From the NCBI GenBank assembly GCA_040182905.1, contig JARQWU010000081.1, positions 1-36,685 of the forward strand: a stretch of 36,685 bases of DNA, in the 5' to 3' direction. The stretch is from Barthelona sp. PAP020 (lineage: Eukaryota). A model generated the notes under the pieces. That model saw nothing but the letters and a program-made list of their open reading frames with translations, was not told where the DNA came from and ran no database searches. This document shows positions 19,674-30,276 of the stretch, piece after piece. The position numbers were made by a program, and so were the translations under genes. The stretch's first letter is position 1. Each line of letters opens with the position of its first letter.

Positions 19674-19786
19674 GGTCAGAGACTAAAATCTAACATGATT
19701 ATCGAGATTGATCAAAGATCAATAAGGTAGAACTCTCAAAACGAGAGCCTCGATCATCAGACAAATGCCTAATGTTCATCATAAAG
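19674..19786 (-). ncRNA. Box C/D snoRNA, snR13/SNORD15(U15)-like, predicted to guide LSU rRNA 2'-O-methylation at the A equivalent to yeast A2281
   Basis: On the minus strand: box C ATGATGA (19782-19776), guide AGGCATTTG (19770-19762) complementary to LSU CAAAUGCCU, D' CTGA (19760-19757), a three-way junction containing CTACCTTA complementary to the adjacent LSU UAAGGUAG, and box D CTGA (19679-19676). Confidence 0.8.
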
Positions 19787-20130
19787 ATATATCATCAAAT
19801 AAAAATACTTTTTTGTTCTTCAAATAAAAAAAAAGACAAAAGAGAAAAATTCTCAATTTCATTTTTTGAATTTTTGGGAAAACAGATATATTTATTTTGA
19901 AATGAAGGTACTTATTAAATCAAAGGTTTACTTGTAAGAATAAAGTGGAAAAAGAGAAAAATCTAATTTTTTGGGAGAATCTTTGCATTCAAAGGATAAA
20001 ACAACAAAACATTTGTACTATGGACAAACAAACAATTCTTTTTAATTTATTGCATAAAAAAATGAAAAAAAAAAACGAGACATTTACAAGACAAAAGCAA
20101 ACTGAAAAACAATTGTGGGTCCATTTTAAA

Positions 20131-21408
20131 TCATTGTTTTGATACAGGAGATAAATTTATTGGTTTATGTTTGAATTTAATCAAATAATTTTGTGCATCA
20201 ATGTTATTGGAATGACAAAGTGCCTCAAATTGTTTGTATATTTGATTATAATCATTTTTCAACTTATGGTTCTTTATTTTTAAAAGTTGATTCTTCTTTT
20301 CTAAATTATCCATGGATTCTTCAACAACTTGAGTCAATTCATTCATTTCTTCAGACAATTTTATCAAAGATTCCTTCAAATCTTTATTTTCTTGAACCAA
20401 AATAGAATTTTTTTTTTGAGATTCAATGACACGATTTCTTTCATCTTCAAAAGCTTCCTGTTTCTTTTGAATCTTATCTAACAACTCAATAATTCTGTTT
20501 TCCAATAAATTTTTTTCATATAAATTTTGAGTTTGATTATTCTTATTTGTTTTGCAAATTAATCCTTCAAATTGTTCAATTTGCTTTTTAAGTGACACAT
20601 TTTCAGTTCTTAATTGAGAAACTTCCCTTTGTTCTTTCTCCAAACTCTTTTGTAAATCGAACAGATTTGCCTGTATTCTTTCTTCTTCAACTATCTTTTT
20701 TTTTTGTTCCATTTTTTCAAATATATCATCTTTAAAAGCCATTGAAGTGGTCAGTTCATTAGAAATTCGCTGTAATTCATACTCTTTTTCATTCAGTTGA
20801 GTTTTCAAATTTTGTACTTCCAATAATAGCTGAGTCTTTTCATTCTCAACCCTTTTTATCCTTGAGTCTCGTTTTTCAATTTCTCTGGATAATTTCAACA
20901 TTTCATCTTTGAATTCGGATACTTGTTTTTCAATTCTAATATCAGCATCAGCCATGGCCTTTTTTCTTGCACTTTCTAATGATTCTTTCATTAACAAAAC
21001 TCTTCTTTCCATCAATGATATTTGATTCAAATATTGTTGTTTATCTTCTTTTGATTTTTCAATGGACTGCTTCAAATTTTCATTGTCTTGAAGCAATTGT
21101 TCTTGTTCCAATAATTTTGATTTCCAAGCATTCCGGAATTTTTCTTCTATTAATCGCAATTGATTTGTGTATTCATCAATTGTTTTTTGATGAAAAACAT
21201 CCTTTGCTTCCAATTCATGAATCAACACCTGCTTGTCATTCAATAAACTGTTTATTTCATTCTTTAAATCAATATTTATTGAATCATATTCTTTTAATTC
21301 ACTATCCCTTTGTTTTATAACTTCTAAATTATAATTAAAATCACGTTTCAATTCATCCAAATGTCGATTTAATTCTAAAATTTGTAAATCTTTCAATTCA
21401 TTCGTCAT
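20131..21408 (-). CDS. CCDC57: Coiled-coil protein with a CCDC57-like N-terminus (centriolar)
   Basis: LKRDFNYNLEVIKQRDSELKEYD resembles CCDC57 LKEDFxYNLxxLxERDxELERYD. The rest is coiled coil. Confidence 0.6.
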   Translation of the reverse strand: MTNELKDLQILELNRHLDELKRDFNYNLEVIKQRDSELKEYDSINIDLKNEINSLLNDKQVLIHELEAKDVFHQKTIDEYTNQLRLIEEKFRNAWKSKLLEQEQLLQDNENLKQSIEKSKEDKQQYLNQISLMERRVLLMKESLESARKKAMADADIRIEKQVSEFKDEMLKLSREIEKRDSRIKRVENEKTQLLLEVQNLKTQLNEKEYELQRISNELTTSMAFKDDIFEKMEQKKKIVEEERIQANLFDLQKSLEKEQREVSQLRTENVSLKKQIEQFEGLICKTNKNNQTQNLYEKNLLENRIIELLDKIQKKQEAFEDERNRVIESQKKNSILVQENKDLKESLIKLSEEMNELTQVVEESMDNLEKKNQLLKIKNHKLKNDYNQIYKQFEALCHSNNIDAQNYLIKFKHKPINLSPVSKQ

Positions 21409-21670
21409 CTGATCACATTTAAAAGAGCATTATGAAAAAAAGAATTAATATTTACTTTTTTTGATTCTTCCATTTTTTGTTATGATGTGAATAATTAGGA
21501 AATAACATAGAAAGACAAGCTACCTTTCATATTTAAACAGTAGTGTGGTCCCAAATTTCCAAATTATCCATCGTTTCTTTCAAATCATACATCTTAATAT
21601 TAAATCAAAAATCTATTTCAAAGTTTGTCTTGAAATGTAAAATGCATGTGTATAAACAATTTAAAAACGT

Positions 21671-22513
21671 TTATTTATGTGATTTTGTAATATTTAGTCT
21701 GTCCAAACAACTTCTATTGACTGCCTTTTGTAAAAGACTGCCCATACCCACCAATTGTTGAGAGGATGTTCTAGATCTGCTTTTACTTGGTGCTTTTTTG
21801 TTCTTTTTGATCTCAGGTCTTTGAGTTGGCAACACTACTGAAATAGTTTCATCATAACTTTCTAAAAATCTATCAACGGTTGACCAATTAAATCTAAAGA
21901 AATTTGGCAAACCAAAAAGGGGATCATAAACTTTTGCCATTACCTCCAAAGTTTCAGCATTACTTGTGTATCCACTAATATAAGGAAATCCATGATCCTT
22001 GCACCATTTTTTTACAACAATGTCTCTTTCTACTTTTGCACATATGGAGGCCGCACCAACGCATGTGAAGCGAGAATCAGCTTTAGGAGAAACAGTAATA
22101 TCTAATTGAGGATAGATATTCAATAATTTATCCCGATACTTGTCTGCAGAACCAACTGTGTCAACGAAAACTCTAGTTAAATTAAAACCACTTTTTAAAA
22201 CATGTGCTATCAACTCTATTGCACAATTGTGAGATAATTCATTTAAATTAACACTCTCATATTGAAATTTTGAACCACTGATTGATGCAGCTGATCTATG
22301 AATTGTTTTAAAATGGAAATTTTCTCTATTTTGAAAGATATCATATAAATCCTCACGAAATTCAGGTGTTAATTCCTTCGAATCGTCAATTTTTAATTCA
22401 GATAATTGTTTCAAATCAATTTCTTTGATCCAAAATCCACCATAAACCATAGGTCCCATTACAGGTCCTCTACCTGCTTCATCTATTCCTAAAACATATG
22501 AATCGGAAGTCAT
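21671..22513 (-). CDS. RNASEH2A: Ribonuclease H2 catalytic subunit A
   Basis: GIDEAGRGPVMGPMVY, DDSK, LNELSH, VDTVG, KADS...VGAASICAKVERD, SGY and RFNWST motifs. Confidence 0.95.
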   Translation of the reverse strand: MTSDSYVLGIDEAGRGPVMGPMVYGGFWIKEIDLKQLSELKIDDSKELTPEFREDLYDIFQNRENFHFKTIHRSAASISGSKFQYESVNLNELSHNCAIELIAHVLKSGFNLTRVFVDTVGSADKYRDKLLNIYPQLDITVSPKADSRFTCVGAASICAKVERDIVVKKWCKDHGFPYISGYTSNAETLEVMAKVYDPLFGLPNFFRFNWSTVDRFLESYDETISVVLPTQRPEIKKNKKAPSKSRSRTSSQQLVGMGSLLQKAVNRSCLDRLNITKSHK

Positions 22514-22656
22514 GGTACAACAAAGAGAACAAAGAAATGAAAAGTTTATAGTTGATTCTTTTTGCAATTATCATGGTCTATCAAAGAAACAAAAAACAAT
22601 AAAAGTTTTTTAATAATCAAATAAGAAAGACTACTTCAAATTTATAACATAATTTT

Positions 22657-25215
22657 TTAAACCTCCATTTTTACTTGTATTGCATCCGTAATAATTATAT
22701 CTTTGTCATTTTTTTCTAATAAAGTTGGGGTTATTTTCTCTTTTTCATGAGAAACTTCGGTTTGATATTTATCTGAGATTTCGCCAAGACTTAAACCAGT
22801 AATTGAAGCATATGGTCCTGCGCAATTTAATAAAAATTTTCTGCATTGATCTAAACATTGATGTAAGACTAGATTCATTTGAGATTTTTTCATATGGGTT
22901 GCAATCCACTGAGGCAGTAAAGCGTTTGACCCTTCTTGTTCGATGAATTGATATCTCCTATCTACTAACATCATGATACCATAATCATTCTTATGTCTAA
23001 TTACTCTGCCCAAACATTGACAAGCAGCTCTCATTGCGTCATAATAAAAAAAGAACCGTTCAAATTTGAGGGTGAAATCATTGTCCAATTTTTTCCATCT
23101 GGGCAACCCATTGGTTATTTTCTCTATTTCAGCAACTACCTTTGGATTTGCTTGAATTATTCTGGCAAAGTTCTTGACAATCTCCTTGACCAAAAGATCT
23201 TTAGTATTTCTAAATGGAATACCAATCATTAACACTGCACGACCATAATGATCCTCAAAATCAACACCTTCTGCAAAAATTCCTCGAGCAACACAACATA
23301 ATAAACCGCCTCTACCAGCATCACAAGAAGCTCTAAAACCTTCCAAAGCTTTTCTGGAGGATTCAAAATCTTGAGTTTCACAAAAAAGCAATTTGTGTCT
23401 TTTGATCAAACCAAAAGTGCTTGGTTCAGGCTCTCCATCAAAAGATTTCATCATCATTTCTCGTTCAGCAATATCTGATTGCTCCCAAGTAGCTAACATT
23501 GCAGACATACATTGAAATGAGGGAAAGAAAACAATAACTCCATCTGGAACTGCCTCACATACTTTAGAAACAACACTACCATAAGCATCAATAATGTCTT
23601 GTGATTGTCTGTCATCATAAGAGGTTGATAATTTTTGTTGCCATTCCACCGACTCAGAATGATCTGCAGCACTAATACTAAGTGGAAGAAACCCACGTTT
23701 AGAAATTGAAGATAAGAATGACTGCATGACAACTTCTCCTTCAACAAATCCCAAGATGGTGGCAACATAATTCAAAGGACTTAATGTCCCAGAGGTTAAA
23801 ACAATGTTACGATAGGAATTTTTAATATCGACAAAAACAATGGAAGGATTTAAGCACACAAATCGTAAAACTCGTTTTCCAGTGACTGGTTCAATTTGAG
23901 ATAATATCATAAAATCATGGAGATCATTCACTTGAGAATTAAAATATGTGGCAGAAATTTCAAAAATCCAACACAATTTCAACAAAGGAGTGAAACGCTC
24001 TACATTCTTCAAATTCAAATCAGAAATCAATTTTCTAAAAGTCGCAGATAAGTTACAAAAAGTTTCTACTGGCACCGGTGTTTGTTTTTTATTTAGTGAA
24101 TTCAACATTGCAGAAAGAAAATTATCCGAGGTATCATCAAAATTATGTTCTTGATGTCCAGTATAGATTCTTTCATAAAAAAACCGAACAAGTTCAGTTA
24201 ATAACCACAGAAATGATCTGCTGCTTCGCATGTTACCCGGCATGACAGCATCAATTAAAGCTGAAGATACAACCGGTGTGTCAATCAACTCATCAAGAAG
24301 TGACCCATTGCGAGTTACTGAATGAATAGATTCTCGGGCTAAACGCTCTTGTTCTGCCTCAATTTGTTCCCTCAAATTATTCCTTGTTTGAACCCATAAT
24401 GCTTTCAATAACAAAAGACTCTGTTGAGCTTGGATAAACTCTCTTTCAGTAAAAGAAAAGGAAAGCGCTTCCATGCAAATAGAATCAATGTTATGGGCCT
24501 CATCAAAAACTATAACAGTCTCGGTAGGAATATCTTGCAATACGTTACGTCTAATACTTGGGTTTAACAAGTAAAGATATGAACAGACCAAAATATCAGC
24601 ATCTGAAACTGATCTTCTGGCCAAAAAATATGGGCAAGCTGTATTGCGCATTCCAAAATCACGAATTGTTTGCAAAGAAGTTAACCCTTTTGGCAAAGAT
24701 ATGGCACCAGTTTCAACTCTTGAAAAATACTTGCATGAAGTAACAGGCAAATCTTCAATATCCATGTCAATAGCTACTTCTCCTGATGTAAAACCACTGA
24801 TAGAATCATGACAAAAAGAATCAACAGTGTCTATAGAAGATGAGGAAACAGGACAAGATGGATGAATACATAATCTTCGACGAGAACTTAACATTCGAAT
24901 ATTGAAATTTTCAACATCGATTCCATGACTTTTAATCCGTTTCAGTACCATTTCACATTCTTCACCAACTTTATTCATTTCACCGATGGTTCTTGTTGCA
25001 TATACAATTTTATTAACTTTATTTGGATATTTTAATTTGTAAGAGATCAATAAAGATAATAAAGCAACAGTTTTACCCGTTCCACAAGCAGATTCTAACA
25101 TAATGTGTTTTTCATCATCCAAAGCTCGTTTCAAATATCTAATATATTCATATTGTTCTGGATATATTCTATCAAATGGAAAATACACTTTTAAATCATC
25201 TATTATAATATCCAT
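22657..25215 (-). CDS. ERCC2: TFIIH Fe-S DNA helicase XPD/Rad3
   Basis: FPFDRIYPEQY, GTGKT, four Fe-S cysteines (LCIHP, FCHD, SCKY, CPYF), FDEAHNID, LTSGTLSP, EGVDF and QCLGRVIRHKNDYG. Confidence 0.95.
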   Translation of the reverse strand: MDIIIDDLKVYFPFDRIYPEQYEYIRYLKRALDDEKHIMLESACGTGKTVALLSLLISYKLKYPNKVNKIVYATRTIGEMNKVGEECEMVLKRIKSHGIDVENFNIRMLSSRRRLCIHPSCPVSSSSIDTVDSFCHDSISGFTSGEVAIDMDIEDLPVTSCKYFSRVETGAISLPKGLTSLQTIRDFGMRNTACPYFLARRSVSDADILVCSYLYLLNPSIRRNVLQDIPTETVIVFDEAHNIDSICMEALSFSFTEREFIQAQQSLLLLKALWVQTRNNLREQIEAEQERLARESIHSVTRNGSLLDELIDTPVVSSALIDAVMPGNMRSSRSFLWLLTELVRFFYERIYTGHQEHNFDDTSDNFLSAMLNSLNKKQTPVPVETFCNLSATFRKLISDLNLKNVERFTPLLKLCWIFEISATYFNSQVNDLHDFMILSQIEPVTGKRVLRFVCLNPSIVFVDIKNSYRNIVLTSGTLSPLNYVATILGFVEGEVVMQSFLSSISKRGFLPLSISAADHSESVEWQQKLSTSYDDRQSQDIIDAYGSVVSKVCEAVPDGVIVFFPSFQCMSAMLATWEQSDIAEREMMMKSFDGEPEPSTFGLIKRHKLLFCETQDFESSRKALEGFRASCDAGRGGLLCCVARGIFAEGVDFEDHYGRAVLMIGIPFRNTKDLLVKEIVKNFARIIQANPKVVAEIEKITNGLPRWKKLDNDFTLKFERFFFYYDAMRAACQCLGRVIRHKNDYGIMMLVDRRYQFIEQEGSNALLPQWIATHMKKSQMNLVLHQCLDQCRKFLLNCAGPYASITGLSLGEISDKYQTEVSHEKEKITPTLLEKNDKDIIITDAIQVKMEV

Positions 25216-25516
25216 ATAAGTGTATGAGAAGAAAAAAAAACTGATATAAATAAAAAGATGGATATGTGCATTTTCTTTCTTGATATCCCTTAAATATTTT
25301 TAAAATAATTATAGATAAATGTAATAATAACAAATATCATAAAAAAATCTTCCGATCAATTGTGTTTACATCATTCTACTTGGAATTAGAATCAAAAGAA
25401 GATAATCATTTCAATGCTTTTATAGATTGACATATTATTCAAAATTTCTCATGCAAAGTTAAAAAAACAAAAATATTTGGGTTATTTATAACAGAAAAAT
25501 TATCAAACAACTAAAA

Positions 25517-28500
25517 TCATAATTCCAACAATTTCATCAATTCTAAATGAAGTTCTGGATAATGACTTTGTGAACTGAAATCTTTTACAGAAAAAACTTT
25601 GACATAAGGATTTTCTTCAAAATTTATTCTCTTTTTAATTGTTTCCACAATACTATCACCGGAAGTCACAATAATAAACACAGGGCTATCAACACTACTA
25701 TTCATTACCAAGTAATATACATATAAATGAGTAATAGAAGCATTAAAAAAATGATCAATCACGTAAACTGTGATAGAATTTTTCATTACACCTTTAATAG
25801 AAGCCAACTTAATTCCTTCTAATTCTGGTCCCAATAATTGAACGCAAACAAAATCATTGTTTTCGCATCTACTTAAAAACAGGCGATGAGGTGAATTGTT
25901 GAACGACAATAAATAGAGAGGAGTTAACAATTTGACAGGACTCATAAACAACCAAGAAACAAAATTTGAGGCATCAACTGATCCACACACATTTAAATCA
26001 TATTTTCCTTTCTTAATTTCACCAAAATCAGTGTCAACATCAAATTCTTTTAAGCTTTTATAATTTCCCAAAAACCTCAAAAATTTTTCATCAACATTGC
26101 TTAACTTTCCTTGTAATTCTTTCAAAATCAACAATGAATCTCCCAAAATTACGTTGTTTGAATGATTACCAAATCTATTCTTTTGATAATTTTTCAGACA
26201 AATACTTTCTTGTGAATCTGGATGAATAACTTCAACAATACTATTTGACCAATCCAATGAAATACGGGAAGAACTTACTGTTTCTATACATTCTTGAAGA
26301 TTTATTAGATAGTCCAAAGAATCAGTGCTTATTTGTAATCCTTCTGCAAGAGCCATTTTATATTCTTTAATCCAACCAAATCCATTCTTGGCATCACAAC
26401 TGATAAGTTGAGCAAAAAAAACCATCGAATAATTAGCAAATTCGGTGAAAAATACGTCGATTTGCAATAAATCCATGCATAAATCAATTTCACAATGTTC
26501 AATATCATTGCTCAAATGTTTATGTATTAAAACACTCACGTTCGGTGGTTTTTTACTTAATGATAAGGTTGATGTCAAGAACTTCAAAAATGTAAGCACA
26601 CTATGAACATAATTACTGTCAATCATTTGATGAGGGTCAATAACAATGAATAAAAGATCAAAAGAATTGATACGAACTTGTAAATCCAGGGTATAAACAT
26701 CGCTTACAACTTTAGATGACAATTCAATTTCTTTAGTTGTACAATTTGTGAAAGGCAATAATGGTTCAATACAATCAACATTAGGACTGGCAAAAAGAAC
26801 AGTTTTTTTTGAAGGAACGAATAAGGATGGTTGTATTTGTGTTTTATAATACTTTTGGGAATAATACAGTCGAAATAATAGATTATTCTTCAAAAACTTC
26901 AGCAAAATTGATTTATGATACTCATTATCAACACGAGATTCTGAAGAAAAAGTGGCTGATTTACTAGAAGTACTCGATAAGAGAGGATGAGATGATAAGG
27001 TAGATATATCATCACTACCACTGCTTATACTATTCCCTGATAAGCCTCTTTGACCATTACCAAGATTTATTGATGATTTTGAATTGGTTGGTGAAAATAA
27101 TGGCAAACTTGAAGATGAAGAAACAGATTTTGCTGAAGAAAAAGGTTTTGGTGACAGATAATCAAAATGATTTTCGAAAACATAATTTTCTAGTTGATCA
27201 ATATCAAATTCTTCAACATCAATGATATCATCGGTAATTAAAGAGGTTTGTGATACACCTGAAACTGTACCTGAAAGAGTTCCTGAAAGAGTTCCTGATA
27301 CAGTACCTGAAGCTTCTTCATTACGTTCAGTGCTAATATTAATTGTGCTGGAATTGATTGAACCTTTTGAAATAGTTGAATTGTCTCTATTTTGAGTAGA
27401 AAAAGAATGTTGAAAGGATTTAGAAAACCATAATGAATTGTTAACAAATAATTTCAGCAATGATTGAAATATTTTCTGATAATTTATGGGTTTTATAGAA
27501 TCACTCTCAATCAACCAAAACAAGGCTAAACTTAAACCAAAACATAAGTCTTCAACAATACGATTTATCCCATTAAAATAACGTAAAGTAAAAGAATTGC
27601 CTAAATCAATATCAAATAACGATATTATTGCTGAATGTATATTTTCTTCCAACTTTAACGGAGTATTATCAATATAAATGATTGGCAAAGGAAAATCTTG
27701 TCGATAATTCTTCTTTAACAAAAATGGCAATAAAACATATCTGTCTAATAACCTCCATTGTCTTAAATCATTGTAAACCACTATCAATTGATCGCATTTT
27801 TGAACAAATAATTTCATTTCCTCTCCACTACATGGTGCAGGTAATATCAATTTGAATCTTCGATTATTCATGACAAATAATCCCATTATACAACTATTGA
27901 TACGTTTACCATAATATAAACATTGAACATTTGGTAAATTTACAAACAATTCGAAAATATTATGAGGACAAGCATTTATGTGTCCGATAATACCTATTTT
28001 AACAACAGGATGATGATGATTCTTATCAATATCTGGAAAAGGATCTACATAATGATTTTTCAATTGAATTTGATTGAAAGAGTTAAATTGTTTAATTAAG
28101 GTACTACGATGATGTTTTAATAATTGTGAATGATCAAAATTAGTAAAAACATCATGTTTTGCCAAGTATTTGACATTATATTCATATTCTTGTTCAAATG
28201 AATCTTCCTTACAGTATCTCAACCATTTATCATTTTTTCTAAACTCTTGAACAAATATTAAGTTTAATTGACAAATTTTATCATTATCAAAAACTAATCT
28301 TATCAATTTTAATAATGCTTCATTACTTTTATCCTTTTTATCTTCACCAAAATGATACAAATTAACATTCAAAGTGTTGAAAAATTTATTATTCCCATGT
28401 TTTCCTGTGAACAACTTTTCTATATCTTTAAAATTCAATTTTGATTCTCGTTTAACAAGAACAACTGTAATTTCTTTAATATTGAAATCAATCAAAAGAT

Positions 28501-29458
28501 CTTCAAGAAACTTTAATTGAACTCGAATCTCTTCAAACCTGTCGAACTCAAACATATCGTCCTTTATCTCAAATTCAACTATTATACTGCTATTTTCCAT
28601 AATGCTAAATTGAAATGAAGTATTGAACAATGATAATAATTGAACTTGAATCGTGTGAAAATCATCTTCAAAAAATGTAGAAGTTTGTAAGAAATCACTC
28701 TTAGAATATCGTTTTGCATAATTATATTTATCGGATTGTATAAAAATAGACGCAAAAGACATAGTCAAAATAATAACATGCTCTACTTTTTCATGAAACA
28801 AGGAAAATAGACTAGAAACAGGCATATTGAAAAAAGATCGAATAAATTGCTCCTTTTCAATCGAAAAAGGCTTATTTTTATCATTGTGATGTAGTTGCTC
28901 TTGTTCTTCACTATCTTTCGACAAATAATTAAAGGTAATATTATCAACACCACAAATAGAAAGGCTAGATTCATCGGAAAAGAGTCTTTGATACTTTTCC
29001 AAAAAATTGGAAAATTTTATTGAAATTTTGGATCGACTTCCTTGTTGATAAAAAATCATCTTGTCTAACGTATAGAAAGAATTTTTTTGAATCTGGAGCA
29101 AAAAATGTAAAAAAGTTTGCCAGTTCCTGATAATTAAATGGCAATGATCCGCATTTGACAAAAATTTCTTGTTATTAATCGTTGTAATAATAATATCATA
29201 ATAACAATGATCATATTTATCATCATTAACATGTACTAAACAAATAAAATTAGATAAAATGAAAAGAGAATGCTTTTTGACATAATATGGCAATTTGCAA
29301 TCATTAATCATTAATATTTTTGTAAAAATATACTGAGTTTTTGGATAAATAACTCTTGTAAGAAATCGATTTATTGAAATACAAGATTTCATTTGTTCAA
29401 TATCAATATCATTTTTAATATTGTTAAAAAATTTAAAATAATCTCTCAAATAATTCAT
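25517..29458 (-). CDS. 1313-aa protein with three degenerate small-GTPase-like domains
   Basis: Long ORF with three repeats of G-domain-like strand order, none with a GxxxxGK(S/T) motif. A Ser-rich linker separates the first and second domains. Confidence 0.6.
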   Translation of the reverse strand: MNYLRDYFKFFNNIKNDIDIEQMKSCISINRFLTRVIYPKTQYIFTKILMINDCKLPYYVKKHSLFILSNFICLVHVNDDKYDHCYYDIIITTINNKKFLSNADHCHLIIRNWQTFLHFLLQIQKNSFYTLDKMIFYQQGSRSKISIKFSNFLEKYQRLFSDESSLSICGVDNITFNYLSKDSEEQEQLHHNDKNKPFSIEKEQFIRSFFNMPVSSLFSLFHEKVEHVIILTMSFASIFIQSDKYNYAKRYSKSDFLQTSTFFEDDFHTIQVQLLSLFNTSFQFSIMENSSIIVEFEIKDDMFEFDRFEEIRVQLKFLEDLLIDFNIKEITVVLVKRESKLNFKDIEKLFTGKHGNNKFFNTLNVNLYHFGEDKKDKSNEALLKLIRLVFDNDKICQLNLIFVQEFRKNDKWLRYCKEDSFEQEYEYNVKYLAKHDVFTNFDHSQLLKHHRSTLIKQFNSFNQIQLKNHYVDPFPDIDKNHHHPVVKIGIIGHINACPHNIFELFVNLPNVQCLYYGKRINSCIMGLFVMNNRRFKLILPAPCSGEEMKLFVQKCDQLIVVYNDLRQWRLLDRYVLLPFLLKKNYRQDFPLPIIYIDNTPLKLEENIHSAIISLFDIDLGNSFTLRYFNGINRIVEDLCFGLSLALFWLIESDSIKPINYQKIFQSLLKLFVNNSLWFSKSFQHSFSTQNRDNSTISKGSINSSTINISTERNEEASGTVSGTLSGTLSGTVSGVSQTSLITDDIIDVEEFDIDQLENYVFENHFDYLSPKPFSSAKSVSSSSSLPLFSPTNSKSSINLGNGQRGLSGNSISSGSDDISTLSSHPLLSSTSSKSATFSSESRVDNEYHKSILLKFLKNNLLFRLYYSQKYYKTQIQPSLFVPSKKTVLFASPNVDCIEPLLPFTNCTTKEIELSSKVVSDVYTLDLQVRINSFDLLFIVIDPHQMIDSNYVHSVLTFLKFLTSTLSLSKKPPNVSVLIHKHLSNDIEHCEIDLCMDLLQIDVFFTEFANYSMVFFAQLISCDAKNGFGWIKEYKMALAEGLQISTDSLDYLINLQECIETVSSSRISLDWSNSIVEVIHPDSQESICLKNYQKNRFGNHSNNVILGDSLLILKELQGKLSNVDEKFLRFLGNYKSLKEFDVDTDFGEIKKGKYDLNVCGSVDASNFVSWLFMSPVKLLTPLYLLSFNNSPHRLFLSRCENNDFVCVQLLGPELEGIKLASIKGVMKNSITVYVIDHFFNASITHLYVYYLVMNSSVDSPVFIIVTSGDSIVETIKKRINFEENPYVKVFSVKDFSSQSHYPELHLELMKLLEL
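27251..27310. repeat. 12-bp coding minisatellite (SGTV/SGTL, about 5 copies)
   Basis: cctga recurs at 27258, 27270, 27282, 27294 and 27306. Confidence 0.9.
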
Positions 29459-29541
29459 TTAATTACATGTAAACATCTTAATTTCATTACTTCAAAAAAA
29501 ATAGAATTTTCTTTTTTGTTATTTTTTTCATTTTGGTTTTT

Positions 29542-29859
29542 ATGGCAAATTCAAATCAAATATCCACAAATCAAACTTTAAAAATATTAAATAATGAAAT
29601 TAACAGTTTGTCAGCAAAACAAAATCAATTACAAAGTGAATTGTCAAAAATTTCTAATATAGTTCCAGATCTAAAAGAAGTTGATCAATTTTTACAAAAA
29701 TTATCTACCTACAGAAATAATACTTTTGTTTTGGATCAACGAATGAAAAATATATCCAATCGAACAAAAGAATTAAATAATAGGGTGCAAACTTTAGAAA
29801 AACACAGATATGATATGATAGAAAGATTTAAAAAAGAAGAAAAGGCATTAATGATATAG
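29542..29859 (+). CDS. BLOC-1 subunit, Snapin/Pallidin family
   Basis: A 105-aa coiled coil. LSAKQNQL...PDL...Y.NNT..L...MKNI..RTKELNNRV..LE resembles the Snapin/Pallidin pattern. Confidence 0.6.
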   Translation: MANSNQISTNQTLKILNNEINSLSAKQNQLQSELSKISNIVPDLKEVDQFLQKLSTYRNNTFVLDQRMKNISNRTKELNNRVQTLEKHRYDMIERFKKEEKALMI

Positions 29860-30276
29860 TTTCTTTTGTATTTTTGAAGAATTGCACATTTTTGAACATG
29901 GAATAAATTGGTTTATCATTAAATTTTGGAAATATTCAATATTCTTTTATTTAATATATTTTTTTGGTTTTAATAGCGAAGAATGTATTTGTATGGAATA
30001 GTTTTGTAAATAATAAACCCCTTTTATTTTTACCCCTTTTTTCTTTTATCCAAATAAAGCTAAGGAGAAAGTGTCAGTTCTTCGGAAATATTCTCTTTTC
30101 TTCTAAACTCAGAAAACTGAAAAGACAAGTCAACAATTTCTCAAAACATTTTGTCAGTTTATAGTTTTAATTCCCAAGAGATTTTGATTGAACTGAAAGA
30201 TAAGCATTAATTGAATCTTTTTAAAGAACTTATTCTTATTTCTGTCAGACATTAAAAACAAAAAGTTAAATATAAT

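Noticed and set aside
19700..19760. Hammerhead ribozyme reading of CTGATGA plus stems
   Set aside because: There is no GAAA after stem II and no stems I/III. The snoRNA model explains it better.
21482..21530. ATGATGT followed by agacaagc and gctacctt (short rRNA complements)
   Set aside because: The matches are only 8 nt and there is no D box.
21671..22513. RNase H2A with ISGYTSN instead of GSGYPSD
   Set aside because: The catalytic acidic residues, GRG and the 2'-OH-sensing Tyr are retained, so this looks like ordinary divergence.
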